From positions 62,001 to 126,000 of the forward strand of contig JAQGDQ010000199.1 of assembly GCA_030141605.1 (NCBI GenBank): DNA of 64,000 nucleotides, given 5' to 3'. This document shows, piece after piece, positions 39,801 through 49,064 of this stretch. The notes beneath the pieces are model-generated. The model saw only the letters and a list, made by a program, of their open reading frames with translations. It was not told where the DNA came from and searched no databases. Numbering within the stretch: position 1 is the stretch's first letter; the number at the start of each line of letters is the position of its first letter. Position numbers and translations under genes: made by a program. The DNA comes from Tubiluchus corallicola. Its lineage: Eukaryota > Animalia > Priapulida.

Positions 39801-41359
39801 TTTCCCTGACCAAATATTGATTTTCCATGACCAAGATCAGCAGAAATTGTAGTACCAGTATAAACATTCAACCATTTTTGTGTATGGACATTCATACATA
39901 TGCTGATATATAATGTGTCGGCACAGTTGCAGTAGTGCTAGCGAAACTACACTAATCACATAACCTAATCCAATCGTTATCAAGTGAAAAATATGTTTGG
40001 AAAACTATCAGTTCACGGTGATTATTTTTGCAACCCTTTCCAATTTCCCCGACTTTTGGCCCCATTTTCATCATTTCCCTGACTTTTTACCAAATTATCT
40101 TTTTCCCTGACTTTTCCATGACTTTCCAAGATAGCATGTATTTTCAAGGATTTTCCCTGACGCATGGAAACTAACCGACTAACGAAAGTACTTTTCCTCA
40201 CCTCACAATATTGAGAAACGTGAGCATTTATCCAAGCAATGGGCTGGCTGTCGGCACTCCCCATCAGGCACTGCTCCACATTGTTTCTAAACACTTGTTC
40301 TATACCTGCGAGACTGTACACGCACAGTGCAGAAGACGGCGTGTGATTGCACGAAAACACAGCAAATATCACGTAACTGTCATTTGCAACTCCCAAATCT
40401 ATCACTAGGTGTCCTCGAATCTTTACCACGCTTGCGGCCCGTAGAATGTTGTACTCGCCGCACCTCAATGACGCCTCACTGAAGGATTTATACCCCGGAT
40501 CGCTCTCACACACTCGGTAAATTTTCGACCCCCTGTGACTGTCAACTGAGGTGGGTCCCGGTTTAGCATCAGGTGTGATAGCTAGCAGGTAGCTAAAACT
40601 ATTTGCCGTAAATCCATGAACATATGTGATTGGATACTGTATCAACGAATCGTCTGACATTTCTACAAAAGTTTTCGACGTCGTTATGTCGTCGTGCGTG
40701 GCAAATACATCACCACCATCATCACCATCGAGAAACCGTGAGCTTACGGCCGGAATTAAATGGCGATATTGACCGTTAGTTTCCACCTTCCCGTCTGCTT
40801 CACGTGTAGCAACAGTGGTCCCGACGACCATGACGCGTGACCCATTAAAGATACCGGGCGGACCTGGCGCGAGAAATGCCACGGTCGAAGCCGTTGCATT
40901 GTTAGCAGCAACAGCCTCCCCACCATGGTGGATAACATTTCTGATGTTCGAGACATTACGTATTTCGCATGCCCCCTGCAGGGCACTCCCACAAAAAATT
41001 AACCTGTTACTCAATTCATCTAGAAGCAATATTTTATTGTAGTTGTCAGTTGGCATGCGGTGCTGTTGACCTTCGCAAGTTCTAGGAGGTGGCGGGCAGT
41101 CCGGATTATCGTCAACCGGACCGGTAGTAACAACGGCACTCCTCGACAGATTCAAATCTAGTTGAATGAGCCTGTTAACGCCACCTACGTAAATATTCCC
41201 TGTCCTGCTATCGACAACTGCATGATTTAGTACAACGTCACTGGTAAACGTTGCTGCAATGAACTCACTACAATAGGAAAGCCTGGATAGTGCAGAAATA
41301 ATGGTCCAGAGGAGTAACAACTGGCTCCACTTGGCGGGAGAGAGGCATGTCTCTCTCAT
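6008..41359 (-). CDS. PlexA: Plexin (class A-like), spliced CDS, 26 coding exons in window, 3' end outside window
   Basis: Exons join in frame with canonical splice sites (one GC donor). Sema N-terminus ([22 protein letters not shown]), PSI motifs (CGWC), IPT motifs (GPxxGGTxxTxxG), TM helix, GAP motifs ([39 protein letters not shown]). WFTFLL and AFAELQT are class-A-like. Confidence 0.93.
6433..6887. mobile_element. piggyBac-like MITE
   Basis: TTAA|CCCTTTCA ... TGAAAGGG|TTAG; near-identical inverted copy at 63449-63909. Confidence 0.85.
6925..7071 (-). CDS. PlexA: Plexin exon 25 ([27 protein letters not shown])
   Basis: ttgtag|GAA ... TTA|GTAAGT, 147 nt, phase 0/0. Confidence 0.93.
8151..8490. 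repeat. 43-44-bp minisatellite, 8 copies
   Basis: ttgaccacacaatgctgttttatgacctaacaaatcttaaaaaa repeated. Confidence 0.95.
8494..8560 (-). CDS. PlexA: Plexin exon 24 ([22 protein letters not shown])
   Basis: ttttag|G ... AAG|GTAAAA, 67 nt, phase 2/0. Confidence 0.93.
8615..8730. repeat. 23-bp minisatellite, about 5 copies
   Basis: gacagcaaacaaagcatcaaaca repeated. Confidence 0.92.
9500..9880 (+). mobile_element. CR1-clade LINE 3' remnant
   Basis: Translates as [14 protein letters not shown]...[17 protein letters not shown], a typical CR1 ORF2 end, with a stop. Confidence 0.75.
9944..10024 (-). CDS. PlexA: Plexin exon 23 ([11 protein letters not shown]...PKVLLRR)
   Basis: ttacag|C ... AG|GTGCGT, 81 nt, phase 2/2. 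Confidence 0.92.
11039..11470. mobile_element. hAT MITE (copy A)
   Basis: TIR CAGGGGTGTGCAAA/TTTGCACACCCCTG; perfect 8-bp TSD ctctaact. Confidence 0.92.
11580..11770 (-). CDS. PlexA: Plexin exon 22 (GAP: LINNKVFLL...[11 protein letters not shown])
   Basis: tttcag|ACA ... GA|GTAAGA, 191 nt, phase 0/2. Confidence 0.93.
11958..12452. mobile_element. Dispersed TTAA-flanked non-autonomous element (Kolobok-like); relatives near 38020, 44730, 46540, 49063, 57940
   Basis: Shared start ttaaagcacaagaaaa...gaaattttgtatca...gtcttattg, and a shared ggtgcac...caattacataagtcttt segment. Confidence 0.6.
12569..12714 (-). CDS. PlexA: Plexin exon 21 (AFAELQT...GIPF...LFPG)
   Basis: ttttag|CA ... GTG|GTAAGA, 146 nt, phase 1/0. 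Confidence 0.93.
14150..14582. mobile_element. hAT MITE (copy B, inverted relative to A)
   Basis: Same TIR and internal sequence in reverse complement; TSD ttttacag/ctttacag. Confidence 0.92.
14669..14909 (-). CDS. PlexA: Plexin exon 20 (transmembrane helix and juxtamembrane helix)
   Basis: [48 protein letters not shown]; 241 nt, phase 0/1. Confidence 0.93.
15574..15770. repeat. (GAT)n/(GGT)n compound microsatellite
   Basis: Direct inspection. Confidence 0.95.
15833..16018 (-). CDS. PlexA: Plexin exon 19 (VRIGTEQC...[10 protein letters not shown]...LPEVV)
   Basis: atgcag|ATA ... GTG|GTTAGT, 186 nt, phase 0/0. Confidence 0.88.
16378..16791. mobile_element. hAT MITE
   Basis: TIR CAATGGCGTCGTGC/GCACGACGCCCCTG; 8-bp TSD ctgtacag. 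Confidence 0.85.
17047..17229 (-). CDS. PlexA: Plexin exon 18 (YGFIMDGV...YPEP)
   Basis: caatag|GTG ... AAG|GTCTGT, 183 nt, phase 0/0. Confidence 0.9.
17712..17804 (-). CDS. PlexA: Plexin exon 17 ([15 protein letters not shown])
   Basis: ctttag|CCA ... GGG|GTATGT, 93 nt, phase 0/0. Confidence 0.88.
17901..18325 (+). mobile_element. CR1/L2-like LINE 3' end with (AAATCT)n tail
   Basis: YNGPYIWN...[11 protein letters not shown] followed by 3'UTR; near-identical 3'UTR at 48686-48998; flanking direct repeat aattgtt. Confidence 0.75.
19235..19328 (-). CDS. PlexA: Plexin exon 16 ([19 protein letters not shown])
   Basis: ttacag|T ... GGG|GTATGT, 94 nt, phase 2/0. Confidence 0.9.
19655..19805. repeat. 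(TCACTG)n/(ATT)n simple repeat
   Basis: Direct inspection. Confidence 0.9.
20527..20718 (-). CDS. PlexA: Plexin exon 15 (LQCVT...FEYKNDP)
   Basis: gtttag|G ... AG|GTGCGT, 192 nt, phase 2/2. Confidence 0.9.
21121..21446 (+). mobile_element. Non-autonomous RTE-related retroposon with 14-bp TSD
   Basis: TSD agaggatttaatta (21107-21120, 21447-21460); internal gccggtcccaagcccgg..ggaggaggg..accctgtaaaa; 3' taaggtc-type repeats. Confidence 0.7.
22176..22351 (-). CDS. PlexA: Plexin exon 14 (IPT: [18 protein letters not shown])
   Basis: ctttag|GAT ... AA|GTTAGT, 176 nt, phase 0/2. Confidence 0.9.
22536..22653 (-). CDS. PlexA: Plexin exon 13 (IVCQT...FQYV)
   Basis: ttttag|A ... GTT|GTAAGT, 118 nt, phase 2/0. 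Confidence 0.9.
23132..23283 (-). CDS. PlexA: Plexin exon 12 (IPT: [22 protein letters not shown])
   Basis: ttttag|TTT ... AG|GTACAA, 152 nt, phase 0/2. Confidence 0.92.
23814..23995 (-). CDS. PlexA: Plexin exon 11 (PSI3: YKC...CGLCL...CGWC...CPNP)
   Basis: ttttag|TA ... GAG|GTAGGC, 182 nt, phase 1/0. Confidence 0.92.
24742..24835 (-). CDS. PlexA: Plexin exon 10 ([12 protein letters not shown])
   Basis: ttttag|TTT ... G|GTAAAA, 94 nt, phase 0/1. Confidence 0.88.
25240..25383 (-). CDS. PlexA: Plexin exon 9 (NMGVLS...IHCEPTM)
   Basis: tttcag|AAC ... ATG|GTTTGC, 144 nt, phase 0/0. Confidence 0.85.
25840..26570. repeat. 105-bp tandem repeat built from about 21-bp subunits
   Basis: ttctagaaac recurs at about 26101, 26207, 26312, 26417 and 26522. 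Confidence 0.92.
26652..26883 (-). CDS. PlexA: Plexin exon 8 (PSI2: [14 protein letters not shown]...HCPRI)
   Basis: ttacag|T ... GAG|GTGAGT, 232 nt, phase 2/0. Confidence 0.9.
27015..27790. repeat. 57-bp minisatellite, about 13 copies
   Basis: tgaggcttcagaatgtctaaaaaagaccgtacgataatcgctgatcatatgataatt repeated. Confidence 0.95.
28186..28279 (-). CDS. PlexA: Plexin exon 7 ([10 protein letters not shown])
   Basis: ttttag|CT ... AG|GTACC, 94 nt, phase 1/2. Confidence 0.88.
28863..29043 (-). CDS. PlexA: Plexin exon 6 (TIG: FLCVF...VQCNSP)
   Basis: tttcag|TTG ... A|GTAAAC, 181 nt, phase 0/1. Confidence 0.88.
29282..30230 (+). pseudogene. Decayed, internally deleted mariner transposon
   Basis: TA|CGGGGGCTGCTCAAAAAGT terminus; fragments [35 protein letters not shown]. 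Confidence 0.82.
29694..30023. mobile_element. Tc1/pogo (Tigger-like) MITE nested in the mariner remnant
   Basis: TA|CAGTCGACTCTCGTTAAACCGGAC ... GTCCGGTTTAACGAGGGTTGACTG|TA; partial copy at about 58195-58275. Confidence 0.85.
30558..30669 (-). CDS. PlexA: Plexin exon 5 (CSSHLEC...QVTTVKV)
   Basis: tttcag|A ... GTG|GTAAGA, 112 nt, phase 2/0. Confidence 0.88.
30720..30822. repeat. (CT)n microsatellite
   Basis: Direct inspection. Confidence 0.95.
31205..31949. mobile_element. Second full copy of the 60-bp-array foldback element (about 6.5 units), TA-flanked
   Basis: TA|TAGGTTTTAC ... GTAAAACCTA|TA. Confidence 0.9.
31996..32096 (-). CDS. PlexA: Plexin exon 4 (PSI1: [21 protein letters not shown])
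   Basis: ttacag|TTA ... AG|GTACC, 101 nt, phase 0/2; absent from ORF track. Confidence 0.9.
33972..34109 (-). CDS. PlexA: Plexin exon 3 (end of Sema: VAVDS...LYVMTQRK)
   Basis: aaacag|GTG ... AAG|GTAGAG, 138 nt, phase 0/0. Confidence 0.9.
34208..34590. mobile_element. hAT MITE
   Basis: TIR CAGGGCCTATTTCA/TGAAATAGGCCCTG; perfect 8-bp TSD cttgtagc. Confidence 0.92.
35496..36450. repeat. Compound tandem repeat (two about 165-bp units, then about 128-bp units)
   Basis: Shared core cagttgctaacagcatttcg...catcccaactactgc. Confidence 0.88.
36669..36695 (-). CDS. Candidate 27-nt alternative microexon (YQLVSSEED) in plexin intron 2
   Basis: tgactgctcacccctccag|TATCAATTGGTATCGTCCGAAGAAGAC|gtaagt; frame-preserving in a phase-0 intron. 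Confidence 0.45.
38515..38703 (-). CDS. PlexA: Plexin exon 2 (Sema: ENSQLS...[11 protein letters not shown])
   Basis: tttcag|GAA ... AAG|GTGTGT, 189 nt, phase 0/0. Confidence 0.9.
38960..39370 (-). mobile_element. CR1-like LINE 3' remnant
   Basis: Minus strand reads RSHRLKL and [10 protein letters not shown]. Confidence 0.55.
39762..40172. mobile_element. hAT-like MITE with internal ttttccctgac repeats, next to the exon 1 donor
   Basis: CAGGGTTCCCAC left end; degenerate right end; repeated ttttcc(c/a)tgac motifs. Confidence 0.6.
40202..41359 (-). CDS. PlexA: Plexin coding exon 1: signal peptide and most of Sema domain (386 codons)
   Basis: ORF 40022-41359; acceptor ttttttcag at 41380-41379; donor GAG|GTGAGG; phase 0. 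Confidence 0.92.
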
Positions 41360-41519
41360 GTTGCATCATCTACTTCATCTGAAAAAAATGAGCACGTGGT
41401 AATTAAGAGTTCTACACTTCTGATCTTTGTTTTTTAATTTCGTAGGGGGTGTGCACATATCAGATTTATTATAAATAATACCAGACACCAATCTCTAACT
41501 GATCTCTGCTGACTATTAC

Positions 41520-42018
41520 TCTCACTCTCTCTGTCTACACACCTCCCTGCTTCTCCCTCCCCTCGCTCTCCCCCCCCCCCCTCTCTTTCTCTCTCTCTCC
41601 CTCTCTCCCTCCCTCTCCCTCTCTTTCTGTCTCTCTTCTTTCTCTCTCCCCTCTCTCTTTCTCTCTCTCTCTCTCTCCCTCTTTCTCTCTCCCCACCTCC
41701 CCTTACTTGTGTGTTGCACACGTACAAAATACTATTGAAAACAACAATGAATCTTTCTACAAATGGATTCACGGACTTGTAAAAGGAAGAACGCCAGACC
41801 GCACCAAACACATTAGGAAGTCAAATTACAGCAAGCAAACATCAAATAACGTGCAATCACAAGACAATTCTCAGCCACTTTCTGGTAATTACTGGCCGCT
41901 GTCTTTTTGTGAATCTCAGATTTCAAACGACAGAAAATGATGAAACAGTTGGCCAACAGAACAGAGATTAATGCAGAACCAAATAACACATACATACAGC
42001 TGGCTCTGTCGTCACCTG

Positions 42019-42109
<91 letters not shown>

Positions 42110-42121
42110 CTCCTCCCTCTT

Positions 42122-42158
<37 letters not shown>

Positions 42159-43418
42159 CTAAAATATTGAAAACTACTATGGCTTTTTTAAATCAAAGCT
42201 TAGATTAAATAATAATTACCTCGGATACTCAAATTTTGTTAACGCGCAGCTCAGAGAATCTACTAAGATTGGCAACGGTGCCTTTTTGTCACGTGCGTGT
42301 GACCGACAAATAGAAGGCGGTACCATGATAACCATGATCATTAACTGCAGTGTTAGTTTCTAACGTCATATGACGTACACACCATTTTCGTGACATCACG
42401 CGTTTAAGCAGTACTGTAGCACTTACGCAAACGTGCTTGACGCGCAAGGGAAGACGTCTGCCATTGCACAAACTGTGGTTAGTTTCTGTCGTAAGCAATA
42501 GCTGTGTTCGGTTGCCGTTAATTAACTTTCTAAGCTATTCAAATATAAGGAACAATTGCTAACTTTTATAGGCAAGAGAATGTATATTTTGGACAGTAAA
42601 TTAAAATGAGATGAGTCTAAACAATCGTCCGGTTTTCTTTTAAAATCCAAATTATGACATTTGCACTAATAACAGGTCTGCTTGAACAGCTCACAACACA
42701 AACAATGCGGCAAATAAAGACACTATCACCTTTAGCAGTAAGAACATCGTGACAAAACATTACCTTTAGCTCACGGAAGTCGATAGACTTCAACAGGAAG
42801 TTTTCAACAATTCCGGAAGGATATCATCCCAGTTAAACTCGACACAAACATTTCCTGAAAACTAAAACACTAAATTCAGTTGACAATTCAAACATCTCAA
42901 ACTACTGTCGCAAACTAGATTCACAGGAGGCTCAGTTGACCTTGCAGTAATGTCCTTTTTACGTTTTCTCTTTAAGGGGCAGAAAATGAAATTTAAAGAA
43001 TGTCCCCCAAAACACTTTTGTTACGTTACTTTTGTTAGCATTACGCCTACCTGCTTGTAAGACTTATGGCCAGTTTATACAACCAAATAATTGACCGCGC
43101 AGTTTCTGGCGCAGATTGCTCTCTGTGAGATTTTTTTGCAAAAACCGCGCGGTTTTCCTGTAAGCAACCAATCAGAAGTGGGCTTTGTTGATACGTGTCA
43201 GCAAAGGCACTGCTTTAGCAGAAACAAAGTAATCTCTACATATGTTTATAAAGTCCACATTGCACAATTGCTGATAAAATCTAAACAATAATATTAGAAG
43301 TGGAAGAGAATCCAATAATACATAATATGTAACTGAGTGTAAAGATAGTACAGGAAATAACCTTTACAAAACAATTTTTCTGTTTATTTCTTGTGAGATT
43401 CTTTCTTCCTTTGGTTCC

Positions 43419-43459
<41 letters not shown>

Positions 43460-43644
43460 CTCTCTCTCCCTCCCTTTCATTTTATTTTTTAAATATACGA
43501 GATTTAATAATAAATCCCCTCCCCTTTCTCTCTCTCTCTCTCTATCCCCCCCCCCTCTCTCTCTCTCTCTCTCCCTCCCTCTATCCCTACCCTCCTCTCC
43601 CATTTTATATTATTTTTGAAATATATGATATTTAATCATAAATC

Positions 43645-43677
<33 letters not shown>

Positions 43678-43680
43678 GCC
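41520..43680. repeat. Cluster of (CT)n pyrimidine tracts (41520-41700, 42020-42160, 43423-43680)
   Basis: Direct inspection. Confidence 0.9.
42764..42854 (-). other. Candidate non-coding 5' UTR exon of plexin
   Basis: Strong acceptor gtgttttagttttcag| and donor AAG|GTAATG; coding exon 1 starts at an acceptor, so upstream exon(s) are expected. Confidence 0.4.
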
Positions 43681-46540
43681 GTTTTCCTCTCGTGACACAT
43701 AATGGAAATCGCTATAGTCGACTTACGAAGCCAAGTTTGTTGCCACCAGAATTCTCGCGAATCGTAACCTTGACAAATAAACTGTCGCCATTTTAATGTT
43801 ATTTTTAAAAAGGATGACGAACTTTTAGAACACCTGGTTTCAACCGATTTAAAATAAAATCAAAGACACTTCGATAAACCTCAAAAACAGGAAACAGACA
43901 TAGTAATACGTACTTTGATGAACTGCTACTGCTAATTGATGAAGCGTTAATATGTGAGCATGATTAGGCTTGCTGACCAGGTTTAATTAACCTGCAGGTG
44001 CTTCGCAGCTTCTGATAAAGATTGATCATCAGTCAATTAATCAAACGCGTAGCACAGGTAAGAAATAATGGATAAGAAGCTTGAAGAACGCAAGAAGGCG
44101 TTAACCAAAGCACTTGGCTTATAATTAGAGAAGCAAGAGAATCTTCTCTTGCGTCCTGAACTCTTGATACAGTACAAAGTATAAACCAGCGTTTCTTGCA
44201 CATACCTGAAGACAGTCACGTGACAAGATAGCTTGGCAGCGCCGTAATTCTAAACATGAATAATGATCGGTGACCACAACCAAGTTCTATGACTTATAAC
44301 ATATGCTAACTCGTCACTCTTCATGCTTATGCCGGAATATGTCTTTGCTGGATATATGGACAGTCTGCACTGCCCGCAGTGAGCGTGCCAGTTACCAAAA
44401 CTCATAAGCACTACGTGAAATGCTAGCGTATTACTGATTACTGGCCACACTACCGATTCACTGCACTGCACACAAAGAGAAACGAGTCTGTATTACAACC
44501 TGGACCTCTGTCACACGAGGGTTCTGGAGGACATACCCACTACTTAGTAAACGTATATAGACTGTCGGTGTAAAATATTAATGATTATGACAGCCTGGAT
44601 GATTTCTTACCGAGAGTTAATAACTTCCAAATATCAAACTGACGATGAAAAACGATTTCATTGGGTGAAAATTTTCTGCCCAGTTTCCAAAATTAAACAA
44701 TTTCAAACCACTCTAATCCCAAACTAACTAAACAGGACAAGGAAGCTTAAAATATTCGTCTTCAAATTTTGTATCATTTACATGCTGTCTGACTGCATAC
44801 ACAGCTTAGGTTTACCAGTAACGCTGTATAAAATGTGTGAGTTTAAATACCCACGATGACCGTTATTCACAACCATGTTGATGGTAAGTCGTTTGAAACA
44901 AACTTACCTAAGTTTGCGTAAAATTTGAAAAAAGAATAAAAAAATTCGTGACACACTCTTCACTAACTAGCTAATAGTATAAATTACTTTATATAATTTT
45001 TAATATCCTAACCTATTTTGAAGTATGGTAAAAAGTATACATTTTAACATTTACAATGATGTCAAAGCATTTCTGGTAATTAAGTAACAAATTAAAACTT
45101 AGTAAACGGCAGCAAGGCTAACTATTTATGACAATACAACTGAACATAATATTCAACAACACAAACAATCCATGAATATTCTTCACGTGTCTGCGAAAGT
45201 ACCACTGTACAAGATTCAGCGTGACACAAAAAAACTCGGCAAATTTGACGTTTAAAATTCAATATTCAAGTTTACCTCTGTGATCACGCATGAGCTCTTG
45301 AATGTGGGCACTACGTCACAACTGAAAACCTTTGCAGTGAATGGTTTTATATTACTTTATACATAATGAGTTTTTAGATGAATCACTGGTGCACACTGGA
45401 TGGTGATACAGTGAAGCTTGACCAAGTGGTGCCAATATTATTACGAATTTTCTTTTGCAATTACATAAGTCTTTCAAAAAGAAAAGTGTAATTAATGCTA
45501 GGTAATAAAACTTTGTGTGGAAGGTTCTTTGAGTAATATTTTAAACTTTCCTTCTTCTTCCTCTTCTTCTTCCTCTTTAAACATCAATATTTCGTATTCA
45601 AATCGTTATCAGGAAATGTACACAAGCAAACGTGTATTTCTGATAAGTGTGTAAACGACCATCTTTCCCGCAAAAATTTTGCTGTTAACAAAGCTCTGCC
45701 CACAATCATGCCCTTGGACGTGCTGTGAGGTGGTTGCATGCGAGGAAGACGGAAACAGCAAGAAAATAATAAACGACAAAAAAGAAGCCATACAAGTTTC
45801 TAATTACCAATAATTAAATACAGTGTCATCTAATATACATGAACTCGTTTAATTGATTAACAGAACAGCAACTAGCAGCAAACCAATCTATTCACCGTGA
45901 ACAATTTGCGCATTAAAATGTACTGGGTAGAAATAGCGTATTTCTGCATTTTTTAGACCAAAATTTCTAGAAATAAGGAAAATTAAAAAAGCAGGCCTGA
46001 GCCTGCATTTGAACTAACAACCGTTGCTTTTTTCACTTTTCTTTCTTTCGGACAAGTTTGGTTTAAGAAAATTATAATTTTACTTCAATCCATTAATAGA
46101 TCCATAAGAATGACTAACGATGAACTACGCAATTACATCACCGTTGTGTTTTGCTGAGCAGACGACGAAGAAGAAAAAGAACAATAAAGATTAACAAACA
46201 CCTTTAAATAAGCACAGAAATGGCACTGCTTTACCCCAAATCCTAGCACATATATGATAATATTCTAAACACAAACAACGCAGAACATCACACTGACAGC
46301 TCTACTGTCGCATGAAACTGCTACCAGACGTCGTTACAATAGCGCGTGAGATACAAGCGTAAAATTTTAACGACCCAATTAGACAGAATATTCAAAATGT
46401 TTACTCTTGAATGATCCAGCTGCAGTCAAGTTGAACCCCTTCAAATTTGCTATCAAGTATTGAAACTTCTGCAAACAAAATGACTACGGAATTAGAACAA
46501 AACGTTGTTAAAAGTTATAAATAGGTCTACACGTAGTTAA

Positions 46541-47208
46541 AAGACAAGAAAAGAGGTACCTGAAGTAGGTTTCAGAAAAATCGCCTTGAAAAATTATATT
46601 ACTTTACATCAATTTTATGCATATATCGCACTCGCGTTGAAAGGATTTTTTTGTTTTCATTATAAATCTCCCGCAATACTCTTACATCGAGGCCATTACA
46701 TAGCGTCACCTACGTAAACGTATATCAGGCGAAGAAATGTTAAACTATGTCCCAAAAACTTTCCATGCAAAATTATGTTATTTAACGTTTCGCTTACCTG
46801 CTTGAAAGACTTTCGTAACTAGAAAAGAAAATTATTAATTATTTAAAATTCTTTCACTAATTGGTAAAATGTCGCTGACTCACCCTCCAGGGTGCACCAC
46901 TCGCCAACCAAAAAACGAATTTTTAATCTTATTGACAATATACAGTAACAAAATTTTTACTTACTTAGTGGCGCTACGAATACTCTGATTATTTTTTCAA
47001 ACTTTACTCGGTATTATCTAAAGTTGTTTCAAATGACTTATCCGCCAAATGGCTGCGTCTAGCGGTCATCGCGGGAGTTTAAATTTACAAGCTTCATATA
47101 GCGCTACTGCCGACGCAAGTCCTGTATGTAAAAAAGCAGTACGTAAGTGATATAAAATTTCAAAACGAATTTTTTAAGCCTTATGTAAATGGAGGGGTTT
47201 CTTGTGCT
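46541..47208. mobile_element. TTAA-flanked element (Kolobok-like), inverted relative to 49065-49688
   Basis: ttaaaagacaagaaaagagg...ttttcttgtgctttaa; segment ctgaagtaggtttcagaaaaatcgcctt is reverse-complemented near 49642-49670. Confidence 0.7.
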
Positions 47209-48685
47209 TTAAATACAGGAGAATGAGAGGCTCTGTCGCGGAGTAACCCTGATGGAGAGGCCACAGAAGGGCATCTTGATTTGTTAAAATAGTAAGTGAT
47301 AAAGTACTGTCACTTCTACATTGACCTCGACAATAAACTTAAAGTCTCAAAAATCAAATTTCCATAGAGAAGCAGCTCTGATGAATCAGCTACGAGACCA
47401 GTAAAATAAAATTTGGCAGAAAATAGCAGAAATTCAAGATACTAACAATTTCGCAATTTATTTTTCATGTTTTCCCTCATCTTTGTTTTTGATTTTCCAG
47501 AAAAAGGAGTATCCTCTAGGAGTCAGCATGTCATTTTCAGGTTTCAGCGGGGTAGTAGCGCGAGTAGAGTGCTCACTCGTGTTTGTCTGTGTGTATGTTT
47601 GTCTGCACAATTAAAATGAAACAGCTGAAGCCACCAGGTAATTTTGCTTTTGCTAAAAATGTCAAAGATTAAGGTCAGAAGTCGATTAAAAATAAATTTG
47701 TTAAATTGGCGCGGGAGTAAATGTTTAAAGTAGTTTAAATATTTAAGTGGTTCCCGAAAAACACGTGTTGATCGATTTTATGCGCCACGCCATGCGAGTA
47801 GCGACGACGCACTTCCGGCGCGAAAAGGTTAACAGGCACAAAAATCAACATTCACTGAGCCATGCCAAAAGCCTACAACTATAAAAGTTTAACAAGAGTT
47901 GAGCATGTGGGTGTTTGCAATGCGAGCAGGTGGAAATAATGTTATAATAACTGGTGCATGGGGTTTCAAACATCATTAAACGTGGAAAAAATCCTTACGC
48001 GTGACTTTTGGCCGCGAGTTTAGGTGAATTCAGCAATAAAGAAACCAATTTAGCAGGTGCAAGGTTTCGAAGCAACGTTCGCAGCGGCTGGACGTATTAT
48101 AGTGAAATTTCTTTGTTGCTTGAAGTAATAGCAGGTGGTTAAAGTATTAAAAATGTATAATCTATAAAATAATAAAGCTTATAACTCCCTCCCTCCCTCC
48201 CTCTCTCTCTCTCTCTCTCTCCTCCTCCTCCTCCTCCCTCTCTCTATTCTGTTCCTTTCCCTCTTGTAACTGAACAAAAATGACACTTAATAACCCTTTA
48301 CACTGCACAAAGCAGAAATTTCACACTGTTCCTGACAGCAGCACTGCTACTAATTATAGGAAAAGCTCTGAGAGCTTTGTGGCAAAACCCAAGAATCATA
48401 GATAACGGCTTTCTATAGGATGGAAGCAATCTGAGCTCCTATTACATTGGAGAATCCAAAGTCGATATTTGCCCATTCTGGCTAAAGCAGTTAATGCTAC
48501 TTGTGCAGAAATAAGTCCACCAATAACAGCAGCAGGAGACTGAAATACATCCGTTTACGTGAGGGCACTACGTACTTTGGAACTTACAATATTCCAGTTT
48601 ATCGACGACTGAGATCATTAATCATTTAAAGGAGAAGAAAAGGGAATTTCAAAGTATATCCTAAAAGCTTGCCTCACAAAGTTGT

Positions 48686-48998
48686 ATATAACTGATCACT
48701 CAATCATGATTTGTTGTTTTTCATTTTCAAAAACTTCCCTTCTAGTATAATAATATTTTTATTACTTCCCACCCGTATTTACATTTCTATATATTGTAAT
48801 ATTGTATCTGTATATATTGTAATTTTTTTCGTAACTAATTCTAGTGGCCTACCTTAAGCTAGCTTCTTAGGTCTCTAGCGCAGAATTCGTGAATTGTATC
48901 ATATGTTTGTATTAACAAAAACTGATTATCGATGCACATGTAATGCATATGTATATGTTTATTGCGAAATAAATCTATAAAATCTAATCTAATCTAAA
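48686..48998 (+). mobile_element. LINE 3'UTR copy (same family as 17901-18325)
   Basis: Near-identical to 18016-18325, including the aatct tail. Confidence 0.85.
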
Positions 48999-49064
48999 AT
49001 TTATACGTAGCATTACGTTTACCTATTTAAATGAGTGCTTGTATAATAAAAAAAGAAATTCTTA

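Noticed and set aside
43983-43998. Adjacent PacI and SbfI sites (ttaattaacctgcagg) suggesting vector polylinker
   Set aside because: No other vector sequence; the flanks look genomic
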